A stretch of DNA of 64,000 nucleotides. Origin: Selaginella moellendorffii. Lineage: Eukaryota > Plantae > Lycopodiophyta. Position numbers and translations under genes: made by a program. The notes beneath the pieces were generated by a model. The model was not told where the DNA came from and did no database searches. It saw only the letters and a list, made by a program, of their open reading frames with translations. Shown piece by piece: positions 43,612-56,654 of the stretch. The first letter of the stretch is position 1, and each line of letters starts with the position of its first letter. The stretch covers positions 314,499 through 378,498 of the forward strand of contig NW_003314323.1 in the NCBI RefSeq assembly GCF_000143415.4. Direction: 5' to 3'.

Positions 43612-46600
43612 TCATTCCGGGATCTTGAGCGAGTTGGCGAGTGAGCCCAGCATGCTTTCCAAGGCCTTGTAGTCTTCCGAGTCTTTGAAATCGTCGGCCT
43701 GGGCACGAACGCAAAAGAGAGTGAGCTTTTCGCCGGGAAACGAAGTAGTACCTGTTTGAGCGTGTTTGTGAGATGCCTTTGCGCGGCTGCTAGCTCCTTT
43801 TTACCACCGATCGCTATGTACTCCTGGCACAGTCCGAGTGAGGCGGCGGCGAAAGCTCGGAAGCGGGCTTCATCGTGTTGCCAGTTTGATCCCTGTTTAA
43901 GCAGTGCGATTTGTGAGGGCTGGACGATGGTTTGGAGATTTCTCTACCTGGTATGCTCGGACTTGTCTCAAGAAGGCGTTGGTTGATGCCTGTCGGTCGC
44001 CGAGAACTTTGTGCCATCGTGCCTTTACGCCCCAGACATCTCCCCCGTAATTGCCACTCGAGGCCATCTGTATGACAAAAAAGAACAAGGAGTTAGCTCA
44101 CAAGCATTTGTGGATCTACCTTTGATATCAGCTCTCCAAGCATCTCTATTAGCCGTTTTCTCTCGTGATCAGTCATGCCTTCGGCAGGAGTTTCACTTGT
44201 AAAGAGTTGTTTTTCTTCGAACACGTCAATGATTCTTGCTAGCAAGCCTGTGTCAACATTTCTGGGTGACAGCTCGAAAACCTGTCGTACTGCGGGTATT
44301 GCCTGAGAGATTGCATAGAATTAGTTAAGAAAAACGCAAGTGGTGAGGAATACCTGCGCAAAATTGCCGAGACTAACAAGGACGTGTGCGTAGTTATCCC
44401 ACAGCTCCCAGGAGTTCCGCCTACATCAATCAAATTAGAAATACATGGACATAGGCAGGAAAAAGGACCCACTTGAACTGCACTGCTTGTTGGAATGCGG
44501 TGCTTGCTTCTTTCAGATTTTCCTTGCGCATGTTTCTGTAAGAACACAAGCGACTTTATATTAAAGAGAAAAAAGTTTTACTTACAATGCGGCAATGTTA
44601 TTGAAAGCTTCTCCATGTTCCGGATCAAGCTGTATTGTCCGCACAAATGCATGTAAGGCCTGGTCATATTTTTTACACTGAAAAACCAGAACTCAGTTAA
44701 GAAAATACAGGTTCTAGACGGTTACCTTTAATGCACAAAACCCCGCAGAGAACCAGCCGTCGGAGTACAACGGGTTCAGTGAAAGTGCCAGATCCCTGTT
44801 AGTGACCTCGTTAACACTGTACTAGCATCACCAGAAGTGCATACCAGTGTTTTACCGCCTCCTCATACTCTTTCCTATTCATCGCAGAACGAGCGAGAAA
44901 ACGCTGTACACCAAGCGCATTAAACAAAGAAAAGCAAAAAAAAAAGAGTTTTTACCTGTGCAACTGCATATCTCTGCCCAGAAACTTCCCAAGACTTCAA
45001 AAAGCATGCGTCGTCATTAGTGGCGTCTCCTAGAGAACACCTGCACAAGTGATCTTAGGACTACAAGAAAAAGACAGCACAAATACTTACCACAGCCTTG
45101 GGTCATTCGGTGATATCTCAAGACGCTCCTTGATAAGACTTACTCCTCTTGCTTTGTCTCCGAGCAAACTGAAACGATCCTGTAAAGTTGCATTCCACTG
45201 ACACGAAGAACGAACCGATAGCAGTCAATAACGCTCTGCCACAACTCGAGTTTCTCAAAAAGGCTGAGAGCCTCTCCGATATTACCAATGCTAACCAACG
45301 TGTTAGCATACTGCCTATACCAAATCAAAATCAGACCTTTAGTACGAGAGAAACAGGGAAAACATACCTGAGAAGAGCTTGAAGACAAGGAGATGAGACG
45401 CAGAACAAAAGTTCCATTCTTTCAGATGGATTACATGAGCCATCCCGGATGCTTGACACCTACGAGTTGAATTAGTTTTAGGAACAACTCCCTAACTAGA
45501 CTTACAATGTCGTCCATAGTCTGAAATGCTCTCTCGCATGTAGGACCGCGTGATTTTTCCCACTCTACACGGAGGAGTTTACAACAGGTCTTGACCTGAA
45601 AAGACAAAACACTTAGATGAGCGCGATTGCAAAAAACCTGTATGGTACCATAAAAGGCGAGGCTTGCTGAGCGTCGACAGCTTCTATAAACGGCGCCATT
45701 TCCCAGTCTGATATAAAGACAGCTATAGCTCAAACCATGAAACAAAAATCCCTTTACCTCTTAATTCATTTTCAGCATTTTTCTTCTTCACATCCAAGCA
45801 ACGAGCAAGAATTAGAACCTGGTGTATTGGACTAAGAGCCTTCTGGTGCAGGAACTCAATGTTTGAGCTTTCCAGCCTTGGATATAACAGTACGTCACCT
45901 TGTTCAGCAGGTTTATCAACCCTCTCAAGGACGTGAAGGTTCGATTCATCTTTCAGAACCATCTGCGCAGTCGGATCACTCTGCACACTCGGTCGAACAA
46001 GAATTTCAAACTAGGGAAAGAAAAGTATTTCAACGTCTTACTTGGTATTGCCTACGAAATCCCATTGCACCTTCGACGGAGTACACCAATCCAGCAGTTT
46101 TTTCTGCTTGAGTAACGAAAAGTCTGCACCAGATAAGTCAATTAGAGCAATAGATAAAAGAAACAGTAATACACACCGTCCTTCGTCCGCATGACCATAA
46201 TAATACTCCACCAAAGCAGCTTCTGTGAAAGCCATTGTAGCAATTGCGTTTTCTTCTTCCAGAGAAACAAGGCTGTACCACCCGCAGCAATCTTTCAGAA
46301 ACTTAGTGCCAAAACACTTGACAACTGCCGCATAGCCACTAGCAACATCTTTCAAAAGAGTAGGAGACCTTTCCTCCAGTGACTTCTGCTGGCAAAATAA
46401 AGCCCGCGCGATCCACCACACCCGTGTCGCTGGCTCCTTGATATTTTTGATAGCCTCAAACATAACCTTTGCAACAACAAGGTACTGAGAGAAGAAGGAG
46501 AGCATACGTAAGCGACAATTCAGAAAGAAAAGAGTTACCTGAGGACAATTGCACTTTCCCTGGAGATCGCACCCGTCCACCATAAGTTCGCTACGAGCCC

Positions 46601-47095
46601 AAGTATCCCAGCTTTGCTCTGAGGCTGCAATCCAAGGTTCCATCTTCGAGATAGCATCGAGAGGGAAAGCTGGAACGTCAAGCTCCGGCCTTGAAGAACA
46701 CAAACTTAACAAGAAGGAAAGAAAAATCGTTGATAGAGAACTTACCCTGTGAAGTTGGACTGTAAGAAAACGCAGAAGAACGAAACCCCTGCAGCCATTA
46801 CCAGCATTGACGCAGCTTCATTTGCTTCTTTCTCCACGAAACTCCGCACATTTCTAGAAATCTTGTCGTAGAAGATCCTCCCAGAAACACTAGGATCATA
46901 GCTGACATCGCCGAAGATCTCACGCATAACCTCCATTGCTGCCACTCGAGAATACAAGCCCTGCTCTATGAAATCCACCGCTTGCAGTAGCGATGATTCG
47001 ACGTCTGTGCTGGCGCGTACCGGATCGATCGGAGCCGCATTGATTCGCAGCGCGCAGCGGAGAAGACGCAGCTCACAGGATTCGCTTACCGCCAT
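43612..47095 (-). CDS. TTC27: Tetratricopeptide repeat protein 27 (TTC27/EMW1) homolog, many exons
   Basis: ELRLLRC N-terminus, FLQSNFTG, L.VDG..L.GKC..PQYL, QQKSLEERSPTL, ALSLFEKLELWQSVIDCY, LSLNPLYSDGWFSAGFCALK, QLDPEHGEAFNNIAA. Stop TGA 43612-14. Confidence 0.85.
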
Positions 47096-47251
47096 CGCGC
47101 CGAGCGCAAAATCCCTAAACCCCTGCAGAGCTGGTTTTTTAGGGCTTTTGGAAAATGTGGGTTTCTTTGCGTAAGAAATCCTGGATTGCGAGTGGTAGGA
47201 TAAGGCGCGGATGAGGTACTGCTGCTATACGATGATCGTAATCTCGCCAGA

Positions 47252-50200
47252 ATGATCCGCGATTCCAGTGCTGCTCATGCAGTAGCACGAATCCATGCCG
47301 CGCCATCGACATCCTCACAGCAAATTTGCCAGATTCCACTTCCCAGCACTGCTCCATTGCAAATCCCTGCGCTCCTCCGCAATCTAAGCTTCTCCCATTC
47401 GCGATCACACAAGCGCGCGCCGGGATCTTGCGTGTTGGCCACAAATGCTGCCGCTGCTAGTGCTGGCGTCTTTCCAGGGGGGACGAGGAGAGCGTCTGTG
47501 AGGCTTCCAGGACTAGGATTGAGGCTCAAGGCGGAGGATATTTTGGAGGATGGCGAGGAGAAGAAGGCAGTGCTCGACTCGGCGGTGGCAGCCGGATTAA
47601 ATCTGGTAATTCTCGAGGATGGAAAGGAAGATAGCTTGAGATTCTACGATGCTGCGCGAATTGTCATGTCCATCGTTAGAGGAAGAGCGGATGTTTTGAT
47701 CGTGGAGAGGGTGGACATTGCTGCTGCTGCTGGATCAAATGGTGTGGTTTTGTCAGATCAAGGTAGGAAAAGGCCTTCTCTTCTTTAAGTTTACGTACTC
47801 AGAGAGTTCTTTGTCCTCCTTTGTTTGAGCAGGCCTTCCTTCCGTGGTTGCGAGAAGGATGATGCAAAACGCAATGCCTGAGGCTGTGGTGCTTCCGCTG
47901 GTTGCAAGAAGAGTCACCTCTTATCAGTCCGCCGAGATTGCAACGATCACGGAAGGAGCAGATTTTTTGCTGCTACAATGCGAGCAAGCATCGTCAGCCA
48001 GTGCTAAAGCTCTAGTGGAAGGCATTTGCAAGCGGGTGAAGATTCCTGTGTTTTTGGAGTGGGCTCGTCAAGAAGAGGATGCTGTGAAACTTCTCAAAGT
48101 TGGTGCCGGTGGGATTATACTCGACTCTTTGCCAGCGGCCGCCGAAGTTTCGAGTTTCGTTACAGACCTTGCTTCAAAAGTTGCGTCATCGGTCTATACT
48201 AAATCCGGGAAAGGATTGAGCTTGAATGGCGAAGGTGCTAAATCCTCGTCGACTGCAGCAGCGGCTGTTTTGAGCTCGATAGAGCAACAAGCGAAGCTTC
48301 TCATCGAAGAGGAGCGGCCTATACTTACATCTGCTGTTGAGATCATCAAAGAGGCGTCACCACAGGTACAATACCGAACATTTTCTTGAGTTTTCTAATT
48401 GTACTTTCATTACAGATGGAGGAAGTAGGCTTGCTCGTTGATGCGGTCAAGCAGCTAGAAGAACTTTTTCTGCTGGTTGTAGTGGTGAGAGAACGTCACT
48501 TTCTTTTTTTGTTACAATCTGACCTCTGTTTTCTTCTAAAGTGTAGGGTGAGTTCAACTCTGGAAAATCTTCAGTCATCAATGCGCTACTCGGTGACAGG
48601 TTCTTAAAACAGGGAGTACTTCCAACCACGAACGAGATAACCTTGCTGAAGTATTCCGACGAGAGCTATGAGGAGCGTCCGGCAAGGCACCCTGATGGCC
48701 ATCTCATGCGGTATCTTTCTGCTGGGCTGTTAAAACAGGTCCACATATAGGCTCTTGCTTTCAATGTTATGAGTGTGATAGAAATACGTGAGTATAGGCA
48801 TTGATGTTCCTGTTTGTTTCTCTGTTCTTGTTGCAAGCTCCTAATTGTTCATGTTTGCTTCAGTGCAGATGAACCTTGTGGACACTCCTGGCACAAACGT
48901 TATACTTCAAAGGCAACAGCGATTGACAGAGGAGTTCGTGCCTCGGGCTGATCTTGTTCTATTTGTTATTGGAGCTGAGAGGCCACTCACTGAAAGCGAG
49001 GCAAGTTCTCACACATCATTCCCCCCCATTTCACGTTTTGATGTGATACGTCTTCTATCAGGTTTCTTTTCTACGGTACATACGCAGGTGGAACAAAAAA
49101 ATTATTTTCACTCTAAATAAGTGTGATCTCCTTGCTGAAGAATCGGAGGTAGGAAAAGATTTTTGTTGCTTCACTGCTGACGCATTTCCTTTTAAAGGTG
49201 GAGGAAGTCAGAAGGTTCGTCGCGGACAACGTTCGACAGCTACTGAATATCGAAGCAGCAATGATTTTCCCAATTTCTGCGAGGAAGGCATTGCACGCAA
49301 AAGTCAAAGCTAAACAACTGGAAAGCAAGAATCTAGAAAGAGATCCCCTTTGGACAGCCAGCGGGTTCGACAAACTTGAGCAGTATGTTCTGGACTTTCT
49401 CGGAGGCTCATCAGATGCTGGTGCTGAGAGGATCCGATTGAAGCTGGAAACACCGATAGGAATCGCGGCTGCGCTGCTTTCAGCTGCTCGGAAGCAAGTA
49501 GAAGCTGATGCGGAAAACAATGAAGTTGATAGGAAGGTCCTTGATGAAATGGAGGACCAGTTTACTAGTTACAAGCAGTTGCTGGGAACCAATGTGGATC
49601 TGCAAGTTCAGCGGGTTATTACTGCGGTAAGCATTCGAGTCGTTTTAGTTTTTTATTTTGCTAACTTGAGGGCAACTTTAGGTGGCCGAAGCAACTGCAA
49701 GAGCTTTAAAATTTGTAGATAAAAGATTACAGGTTACGAGCGTGGACACGGCGTCAAAATACTTATTGCCGCGAAACGAGACATCGTCCGCTGGTGCGGC
49801 TACGTTTGAGCGTGAAATAATTGGCACGGCATTGTCCGATGTTAAGGTAACAAAATGCTCTCGCTGTATTCGTTTCTAAGTCTAAACTTTGCAGAACGCG
49901 ATAGAAGATCACAAGCTTTGGGTAACTTTGAACACCCAAAGGCAACTGGAGAAATATGTGGAAATTGGCAAGAGCCGATGGCCTGACACGGAAGTCGTGA
50001 CGGATTCCTGGTCTGAAAACGTAAGTTTCTCTGGCCGCAGCTTGACAGCGCTGGACGAATTCGACGTCAAGGCCGCCGATCTTCTTTTGGAGCAGGAACT
50101 TCGTGAAGCGGTGAGAGTCAAAGTTTTTATTCTTTTCTAGAGCTTCACAGTTATGAATGACATATATCCACTGCACAGGTTTTCAGCACCTTTGGAAGCC

Positions 50201-50663
50201 TCGGAATTGCCGGTGCGTCCGCATCGTTCTTAACTTCGGTACTGCCAACGACATTGGAGGATTTAATTGCGCTTGGGTTGTGCTCAGCTGGAGGGTACGC
50301 CTTTTTATCTCTCAGCCTTTTCTTTTCTCTTTTCTCGTAGTAGCTAGAGCATCTAAAGTTCTTCTCCTTTTTCTTCCTTGCAGGCTTGTAAGTATCTTCA
50401 AGCTTTCATCCCTGCGTGAAGAGATCAAGAGAAAAGTAGAGCAAGTGGCGCAATCTCTATCCCTGAAACTCGAGGAGGAGATGAAAGCCGAGCTCCAAGA
50501 ATCCATTCAATCGATCGAGAGCTCGGTGCTTCAATTCACCGCTCCATACCGGTCGCTAGTGGAGAAAGAGTCGACCAGAATCGCCGCTGTCCAGGAGAAG
50601 CTCGTTGTCATCGACAAAGAGCTCCAAATGTTGCGGAAGAACATCCAAAACCTTGGCTCGTAA
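47252..50663 (+). CDS. FZL: FZO-like chloroplast dynamin-family GTPase
   Basis: Transit-like N-terminus; TMP-synthase-like region (LIVERVDIAAAAGSNGVVLSDQGLP); GEFNSGKSSVINALLG, GVLPTTNEITLL, LVDTPGTNVILQRQQRLTEEFVPRADL, LNKCDL, RLKLETPIGIA; two C-terminal TM segments. Confidence 0.93.
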
Positions 50664-50781
50664 AGAGAATTATAATTGACCTGGTCAACGAAGCAACGGT
50701 CAAGTAATAGCCTTTGACCCCTTTTTACTTCAAATAGAAATTTAGGGCATAGTCGTGATCCCAGCTAAGGAGCTCCTGGCT

Positions 50782-53340
50782 ATGGCCGCGAGATCGCGGC
50801 TCGCGCTCTTGGGGCTTTGGACCGTCGCCTTCTTGGCGCGCTGCCTCGCGCAATGGCAGCCCCGGGATTTCTATCGCATTGATTGCGGCGCCGCTTCCAA
50901 CACCTCCTCTGGCGATCGGCATTGGCAAGGTGAGCCTCCTCAATCGCCGGCATTCGCCTCCTCCGGGATTTCGATCAACACCAGCGCTCAAAATCCCGAG
51001 CTCCCATCGCCCGCGCCCTACCTCACGGCCAGAATCTTCACGGCACGCGCGAACTACAGCTTCCCTGTCGATCCGGGCAGGCACTGGATACGTCTCCACT
51101 TCTACCCTTTCCCCAGCCCGGGGTTCGATCCAGCTCTCGCGAATTTCTCCATCACAGTTGGCCCTTACACCCTCTTTAGCGGCGGGATCGTGGATAGCGT
51201 GAGACGCTCTGGCAGCGGCGGCGTCTATCTTGTCAAGGAGTACTCGGTCGTGGCAGAGGGATCGGAGCTGGCGATCGTCTTCCAGCCATCGCCCAGCTCC
51301 AACGGGTCCTTCGCGCTCATCAATGGCATAGAGGTGATGTCCATGCCGGAGGACGCCTTGCAAGACGATGCCGTGCTCCTGGGACAAGGCACGGCCACCA
51401 AGTTTGGCTTCTCCAGGCTAGCTCTGGAAACTCTCTACCGCCTCAACGTTGGTGGCGCTTCCGTGAACGCCGCCAACGACACCCAGCAGCGCTCCTGGGT
51501 GTCCGACGGCCATGGATTCATCGAGGGCGCCGCGGCAGGGGTTGGATCCCAGGACTTTTCTTCGAGCATCAAGTTCACGAAAGAGGTCCCGGAGTTCATC
51601 GCTCCCGCGGCCGTCTATGGCACGGGACGGGTGCTTGGCATCTCCAACACCGTGAGCAACACTTTTAAGATCTCATGGAGCTTCCCGGTGAGCCCCGGCT
51701 ACTCTCACCTCGTCCGCCTCCACTTCGCTGAGCTCTACTACACCAAGACGTACCAGCGGATGTTTAACGTCTATATCAACAACAGGACGGCGATTGATGG
51801 GCTTGACTTGATCGTCCTAGGCCCGAGATTCACACCCGTTTACAAGGATTTTGTCGTGATCCCCAGCAGCGGGGTACGATCACTCAGAGTCCAGATTGGT
51901 CCGGCTCCGAACTCCAACGCGCAGTTCAATGACGCCATCTTGAACGGTCTCGAGATCTTCAAGATGAACAGCACCGCCGGGAGCCTCTCGGACAGCGACG
52001 GCGGTGAGAGCTCTAGCAGCTCCAGTGGGAGGAGCGGCGGCTCCAAGGCTGTGGGAGCTATCGTCGGTGCGGCAGTCGGGGGGATAGCTCTCCTCGCGCT
52101 CCTGGCGGCGTGCGTCTTCGTGCTGTGCTGCCGCCGGGGAGCAAAAGGTGGCAAGAAGCTCGGGTGGAGGCCCGTTCCAGCGTCGCAGGCCGGGACTGGG
52201 ACTTCCACCGTCACGCTCGGCTTCCCCGGGAGCAGTCCCGCGACGCACTACTCGGCCACCCCGGCAAACTCGTGCAAGCACTTCTCGCTCCAGCAGATCG
52301 TGGACGCGACCGACGGCTTTGACAACGATCTGCTGCTTGGCGTGGGCGGTTTCGGCAAAGTGTACAAAGGAGAGATCAATGGCGGCACCAAAGTCGCGGT
52401 GAAGCGTGGGAATCCAATGTCCGAGCAGGGCATGACGGAGTTCCAGACCGAGATTGAGATGCTGTCCAAGCTCCGCCACCGTCACCTTGTCTCGCTCATC
52501 GGCTACTGCGACGAGAACTCGGAGATGATCCTCGTCTACGACTACATGGCGAACGGGCCCCTCCGAGGACATCTCTACGGATCCGATGCCCCGACGCTGT
52601 CGTGGAAGCAAAGGCTGGAAATCTGCATTGGTGCTGCGCGGGGCCTGCATTATCTCCACACCGGCGCTCAGCGAGCGATCATTCACAGGGACGTGAAGAC
52701 CACCAACATTCTTCTCGACGAGAAATTCGTTGCCAAGGTCTCGGACTTCGGCCTGTCCAAAGTTGGTCCTTCTCTCGACCACACGCACGTAAGTACCGCA
52801 GTGAAGGGAAGCTTTGGTTACCTGGACCCGGAGTACTTCCGGAGGCAGCAGCTAACAGAGAAGTCCGACGTCTACTCGTTTGGAGTGGTGCTCATGGAGG
52901 TGGTGTGCGCTCGGCCGGCGATAAATCCAGCACTTCCCAGGGATCAAGTTAGCATTGCGGAATGGGCTCTCCACTGGCAGAAGCTGGGAAGGCTGAGTAA
53001 TATCATGGATCCAAGGCTGGCCGGAGACTGCACTCCCGAGTCTCTCCAGAAGTTTGGAGAGATCGCCGAGAGGTGCCTCGCTGATAGAGGAAGTGAGCGG
53101 CCTTCCATTGGCGACGTCCTCTGGAACCTTGAGTACTCGTTGCAACTTCACGATGCAGCGATGTTCCATCACCATCAACGTTCCGAGGATGGAAACTCCA
53201 ATCTGGCCCGGCAGACACCGGAGATACCGAGAACTTCGAGCGACGGCCAACGGATGATGATGTCTTTCGAGGAGAATCACTCGGAAGACACCACGGCGAG
53301 CGTGGTCTTCTCCCAGCTTGTGCATCCCGAAGGGCGATAA
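50782..53340 (+). CDS. CrRLK1L malectin-like receptor kinase (THESEUS1/HERK-like), intronless
   Basis: Signal peptide, RIDCG..PYLTARIF..WIRLHF, ALETLYRLNVGG, LVRLHFAE, DAILNGLEIFKM, TM helix, kinase [43 protein letters not shown]; C-terminus VFSQLVHPEGR. Confidence 0.95.
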   Translation: MAARSRLALLGLWTVAFLARCLAQWQPRDFYRIDCGAASNTSSGDRHWQGEPPQSPAFASSGISINTSAQNPELPSPAPYLTARIFTARANYSFPVDPGRHWIRLHFYPFPSPGFDPALANFSITVGPYTLFSGGIVDSVRRSGSGGVYLVKEYSVVAEGSELAIVFQPSPSSNGSFALINGIEVMSMPEDALQDDAVLLGQGTATKFGFSRLALETLYRLNVGGASVNAANDTQQRSWVSDGHGFIEGAAAGVGSQDFSSSIKFTKEVPEFIAPAAVYGTGRVLGISNTVSNTFKISWSFPVSPGYSHLVRLHFAELYYTKTYQRMFNVYINNRTAIDGLDLIVLGPRFTPVYKDFVVIPSSGVRSLRVQIGPAPNSNAQFNDAILNGLEIFKMNSTAGSLSDSDGGESSSSSSGRSGGSKAVGAIVGAAVGGIALLALLAACVFVLCCRRGAKGGKKLGWRPVPASQAGTGTSTVTLGFPGSSPATHYSATPANSCKHFSLQQIVDATDGFDNDLLLGVGGFGKVYKGEINGGTKVAVKRGNPMSEQGMTEFQTEIEMLSKLRHRHLVSLIGYCDENSEMILVYDYMANGPLRGHLYGSDAPTLSWKQRLEICIGAARGLHYLHTGAQRAIIHRDVKTTNILLDEKFVAKVSDFGLSKVGPSLDHTHVSTAVKGSFGYLDPEYFRRQQLTEKSDVYSFGVVLMEVVCARPAINPALPRDQVSIAEWALHWQKLGRLSNIMDPRLAGDCTPESLQKFGEIAERCLADRGSERPSIGDVLWNLEYSLQLHDAAMFHHHQRSEDGNSNLARQTPEIPRTSSDGQRMMMSFEENHSEDTTASVVFSQLVHPEGR

Positions 53341-53423
53341 GTTATCGGTAAGTGTTTGATCTTCTAGACTTCCTGTTCTTCTTTTTCCGCTTCTCACTCT
53401 CGGAAACATCGCAGATTAGTTAT

Positions 53424-54215
53424 CTAGAATAGCAAGCAACGTACCCAGTCGAGACCTCTAAGCAAGTTCTTGAGTGGCTTGGGTATTCTCAGTGTATCTA
53501 GCACGCTTTGTCCGGGAAGAACTACCAGTACTCTACATAAATAAATTGGCTCGAGATTTTTTTGAAAGAAGAAAGGATCACTTGCCTGTAACTTGCGTTG
53601 TATAGCCTCGTTGTGTGATTGATGATACAGATCGATCCTTGGATCGCACCTCCACGATTTTCCACCTGATGAAGTAAATAGAATGTGAAGATGAGAAGAA
53701 TGAAAGCTCGCTAGAACCCTTCCCCAGCCATATCCTGGAACAAACATCCCCACTGTAGCGGACTACCGTGGGAGTCCCATGCAAATGCATGGGCATCAAA
53801 GTATTTTGTGAAGACTATATAACAAAGCAAACGGCATCACGAAAAAAATGTGGGAGTGGGTGCAAAACTCTTGTGAGCATGGCAATGGCGTCTTCACAGG
53901 CAAGCTAGCACATAGCCCTCCCCACATTCTTTAAGATCTCCTTGGCTTCCCATAGATTCGGTGTGATGACAACAACGTTGGTGCCAGGTAACATTGAGTA
54001 ATACCAGGATGGGACAGTGGAAGGATAAGCGGGTGAGGACAAGCTATGGCGATTGTGATGATGACCTGAGTCCTAATTGGTTTGAATCAGCTACGATTGT
54101 TCCATGGTCATGGCTGGAAATAGTCTCCAGGGAGCTGGGAGCTGAGCTTTGAAAAATTAGAGAGAGAGAGAGAAAATATGAGATACACATCTGGAAGATA
54201 AGAACTTCTCATCTC
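53424..54215 (-). pseudogene. Disrupted duplicate of the 3D-domain gene
   Basis: Matches 61986-62530 (MFVPGYGWG..RIDLYHQSHNEAI..LRGLDWVRCLLF) with small deletions, a ~340-bp foreign insert (about 53752-54090) and loss of the 5' exons. Confidence 0.85.
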
Positions 54216-54503
54216 TCTTTCTCTCTCTTTCTAATGCCATCTTAAATTCTCTAATAAGCACCGTTTTATTGTTTAAAGCTATTTACAATTTGCTGCTCGC
54301 AAGAATTCAGCCCCTGTTTGCCCCAACTGTATCCTGGGCGGTCTTTATGAAAATCCGAGTGAGCTGTCTCAGCTCCAGCAGCACCAAGCACATAAAAAAT
54401 GCAACAAGTAGTTTTGAAACCGTGCAGGAATTTGCGAATTCTAGCTCCTTTTGGCTACAGGGATACATTGGGCAAAGGGGGCTGGATTTGCAAACTACCT
54501 GAT

Positions 54504-54815
54504 TTACAATAACTGTTCTTCCAGAGAGAACTCACCACTCTCACCTTCCTGGACGATAAAAACTTTAGCTGCCGATTCTGGTTCAATTGTGATATACAGG
54601 CCTGTAGGACTTTGGCCTTGGTTCTCTGAAGCGTAAAGAATAGCAATGGTGGATCTTGGGCGATTTCTTTTTACCTTCAAACTTACAAATTGTGAGCTCT
54701 TTGATTGTACTATGGCCCTTAGAGTAGAAAACACCATGCCGTACTCGTTATCACGAAGATATAAGATCTTCTCAGTTTTATTGATGATCAGATGTTTTGA
54801 AGCGGATGTTCCCAT
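54504..54815 (-). CDS. Small hypothetical protein (103 aa) with N-myristoylation-like MGTSAS start
   Basis: Intronless ATG ORF of protein-like composition at the edge of an AT-rich block; MGxxxS motif. Confidence 0.45.
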   Translation of the reverse strand: MGTSASKHLIINKTEKILYLRDNEYGMVFSTLRAIVQSKSSQFVSLKVKRNRPRSTIAILYASENQGQSPTGLYITIEPESAAKVFIVQEGESGEFSLEEQLL

Positions 54816-56654
54816 TCGCCTTTCTCAATCCGGGCTCCGAAACGACCTTGAAACCCTTTCATTGTTTTAGTCTCAACTCATTGCTGATGTGGGATAGCAA
54901 TCTCAACAATTGTCTTCATGCTACAGATTAATGCACTTGAAATCTGTCACATCAAGAACAATAGTGTTTTTGAAGGTAATATAATATTTATAACATATAT
55001 TTACCTAATTGGTTTTTCCAAATGTTTTCTCCCTTCTCATCATTATTATTCTTTAAAGTGTTAATAATATAATATAAATCATAATATTATAAAATAATTT
55101 ATAAATTACTTACTTCTTACTTTATCTTTGTTGTAATACATATCTTTTAAAGTATTATATTTATCTTCTAGAAACTATTAATAATGACAAATATATATTT
55201 ATATGTAAATAAATTATGTACTTCTTTCTTCATCATCATCATTAGATATTACATTTTTTGACGTGTTATGCTTATCACCTTAACACAATTAAGAAAAATA
55301 TATTATAAAATTACCTATAATTAAATATTTTACTTTCCTTCTATTATTGTTAAGTTTTGTATAATTTAAAAAGGTACTCATAATGTGTATTTAAAATATA
55401 TTATAAACCTTTTAAAATATTTATAAGAAGTACTTACTTTTGTTATGTACTTTGTTGTCATTTTCAAATACATCATCTGCTATAAGATAAGCTCATGATT
55501 AAGGATTTCTTAGTTAGAGTGTTCAATATAAATACTTCTTCTCTTTTTAATTGTTTTAAATATTTTATTAATTCCTAGAATATCTCCCAATTTAATTATT
55601 ATGAGATTTTTATTATTTATTTTAAGTATAAATACAAAGATCAATAGATATCAAAGTCAAAGGTAATGATATCTCAAAGACTAAAATATTAGTGATTAAA
55701 ATTTAAGATCAATAAGCAGTAGAGGCATAAGGATATACTGAATTTGTGGACGTAAGTGAATTTTCAGACCTGCTTGAAATTGGATTTTATCTATTGTAAA
55801 AGCGATTTGTATTTAAAATATAGTACAACTTCTAATAATAATTATAAAAGATACATATCTTTATTATATACTCTTTTATGTTATTTTTCAATTATTTTAT
55901 TTTCATCATTATATGGTTTCTCATATGCAAATTTTTTAAAAATTTATTTCCTTCTCTTATTTCCTTTTTCCTTTGCTTTTTCTTTTGGTTAAAAGCTTAA
56001 AATTATTACCTCTGATATTAGAGATATCAATCTTTACTTCCTTACCACATAAGATGAAGTACTTCTTTCTTTAATTTCCACTATTGTGGAATTATTTTTA
56101 AAATGAGAGCACAAAAACTAAATAGCTTAAGTATTTCAATTATTTTTTCAAGTTTACTTTAAATTTTGATATCACCTCAATCTAAGAGCATTGCAACTTG
56201 CAGAATTGCATAGCACCTATAATCCAAGATATAGACCTCCTTATGAACCTTTAAAACTTTATATAAATCACCTTTTAATTACAAAGTTTTGCCAAATATC
56301 TTTCTAGTCATTTTTGAAATGTTAAAATTTCTTTTTCTAAAACAAAAATCATCATCTCTAGTGTCGAGTTGCCATAATCTCTTCTTTAGTGTAAAACGAC
56401 TATATATGTGAGGTTTTTATATCTTCTTTATAAAAAAAAAGCATGTAATCTTGAATATGTTTTAAATCTTGGTTTTTTAAAGGTAGCTGAACACAAGTTT
56501 TTGTCCATAGAAAATCAAAACCTTACAATTATTTTTTTGTTAAAAACTCTAGAAAGACATTTTTACACTAGCAAGTACTTAGTATGGTTTTATTACAAGT
56601 TCTATTCCTTTTACTGATATATAGAATTGATATAAGTTTTGATTAAAAATAATT

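Noticed and set aside
50725-53409. Long minus-strand ORFs (220, 302, 185 aa)
   Set aside because: Antisense shadows of the GC-rich CrRLK1L gene.
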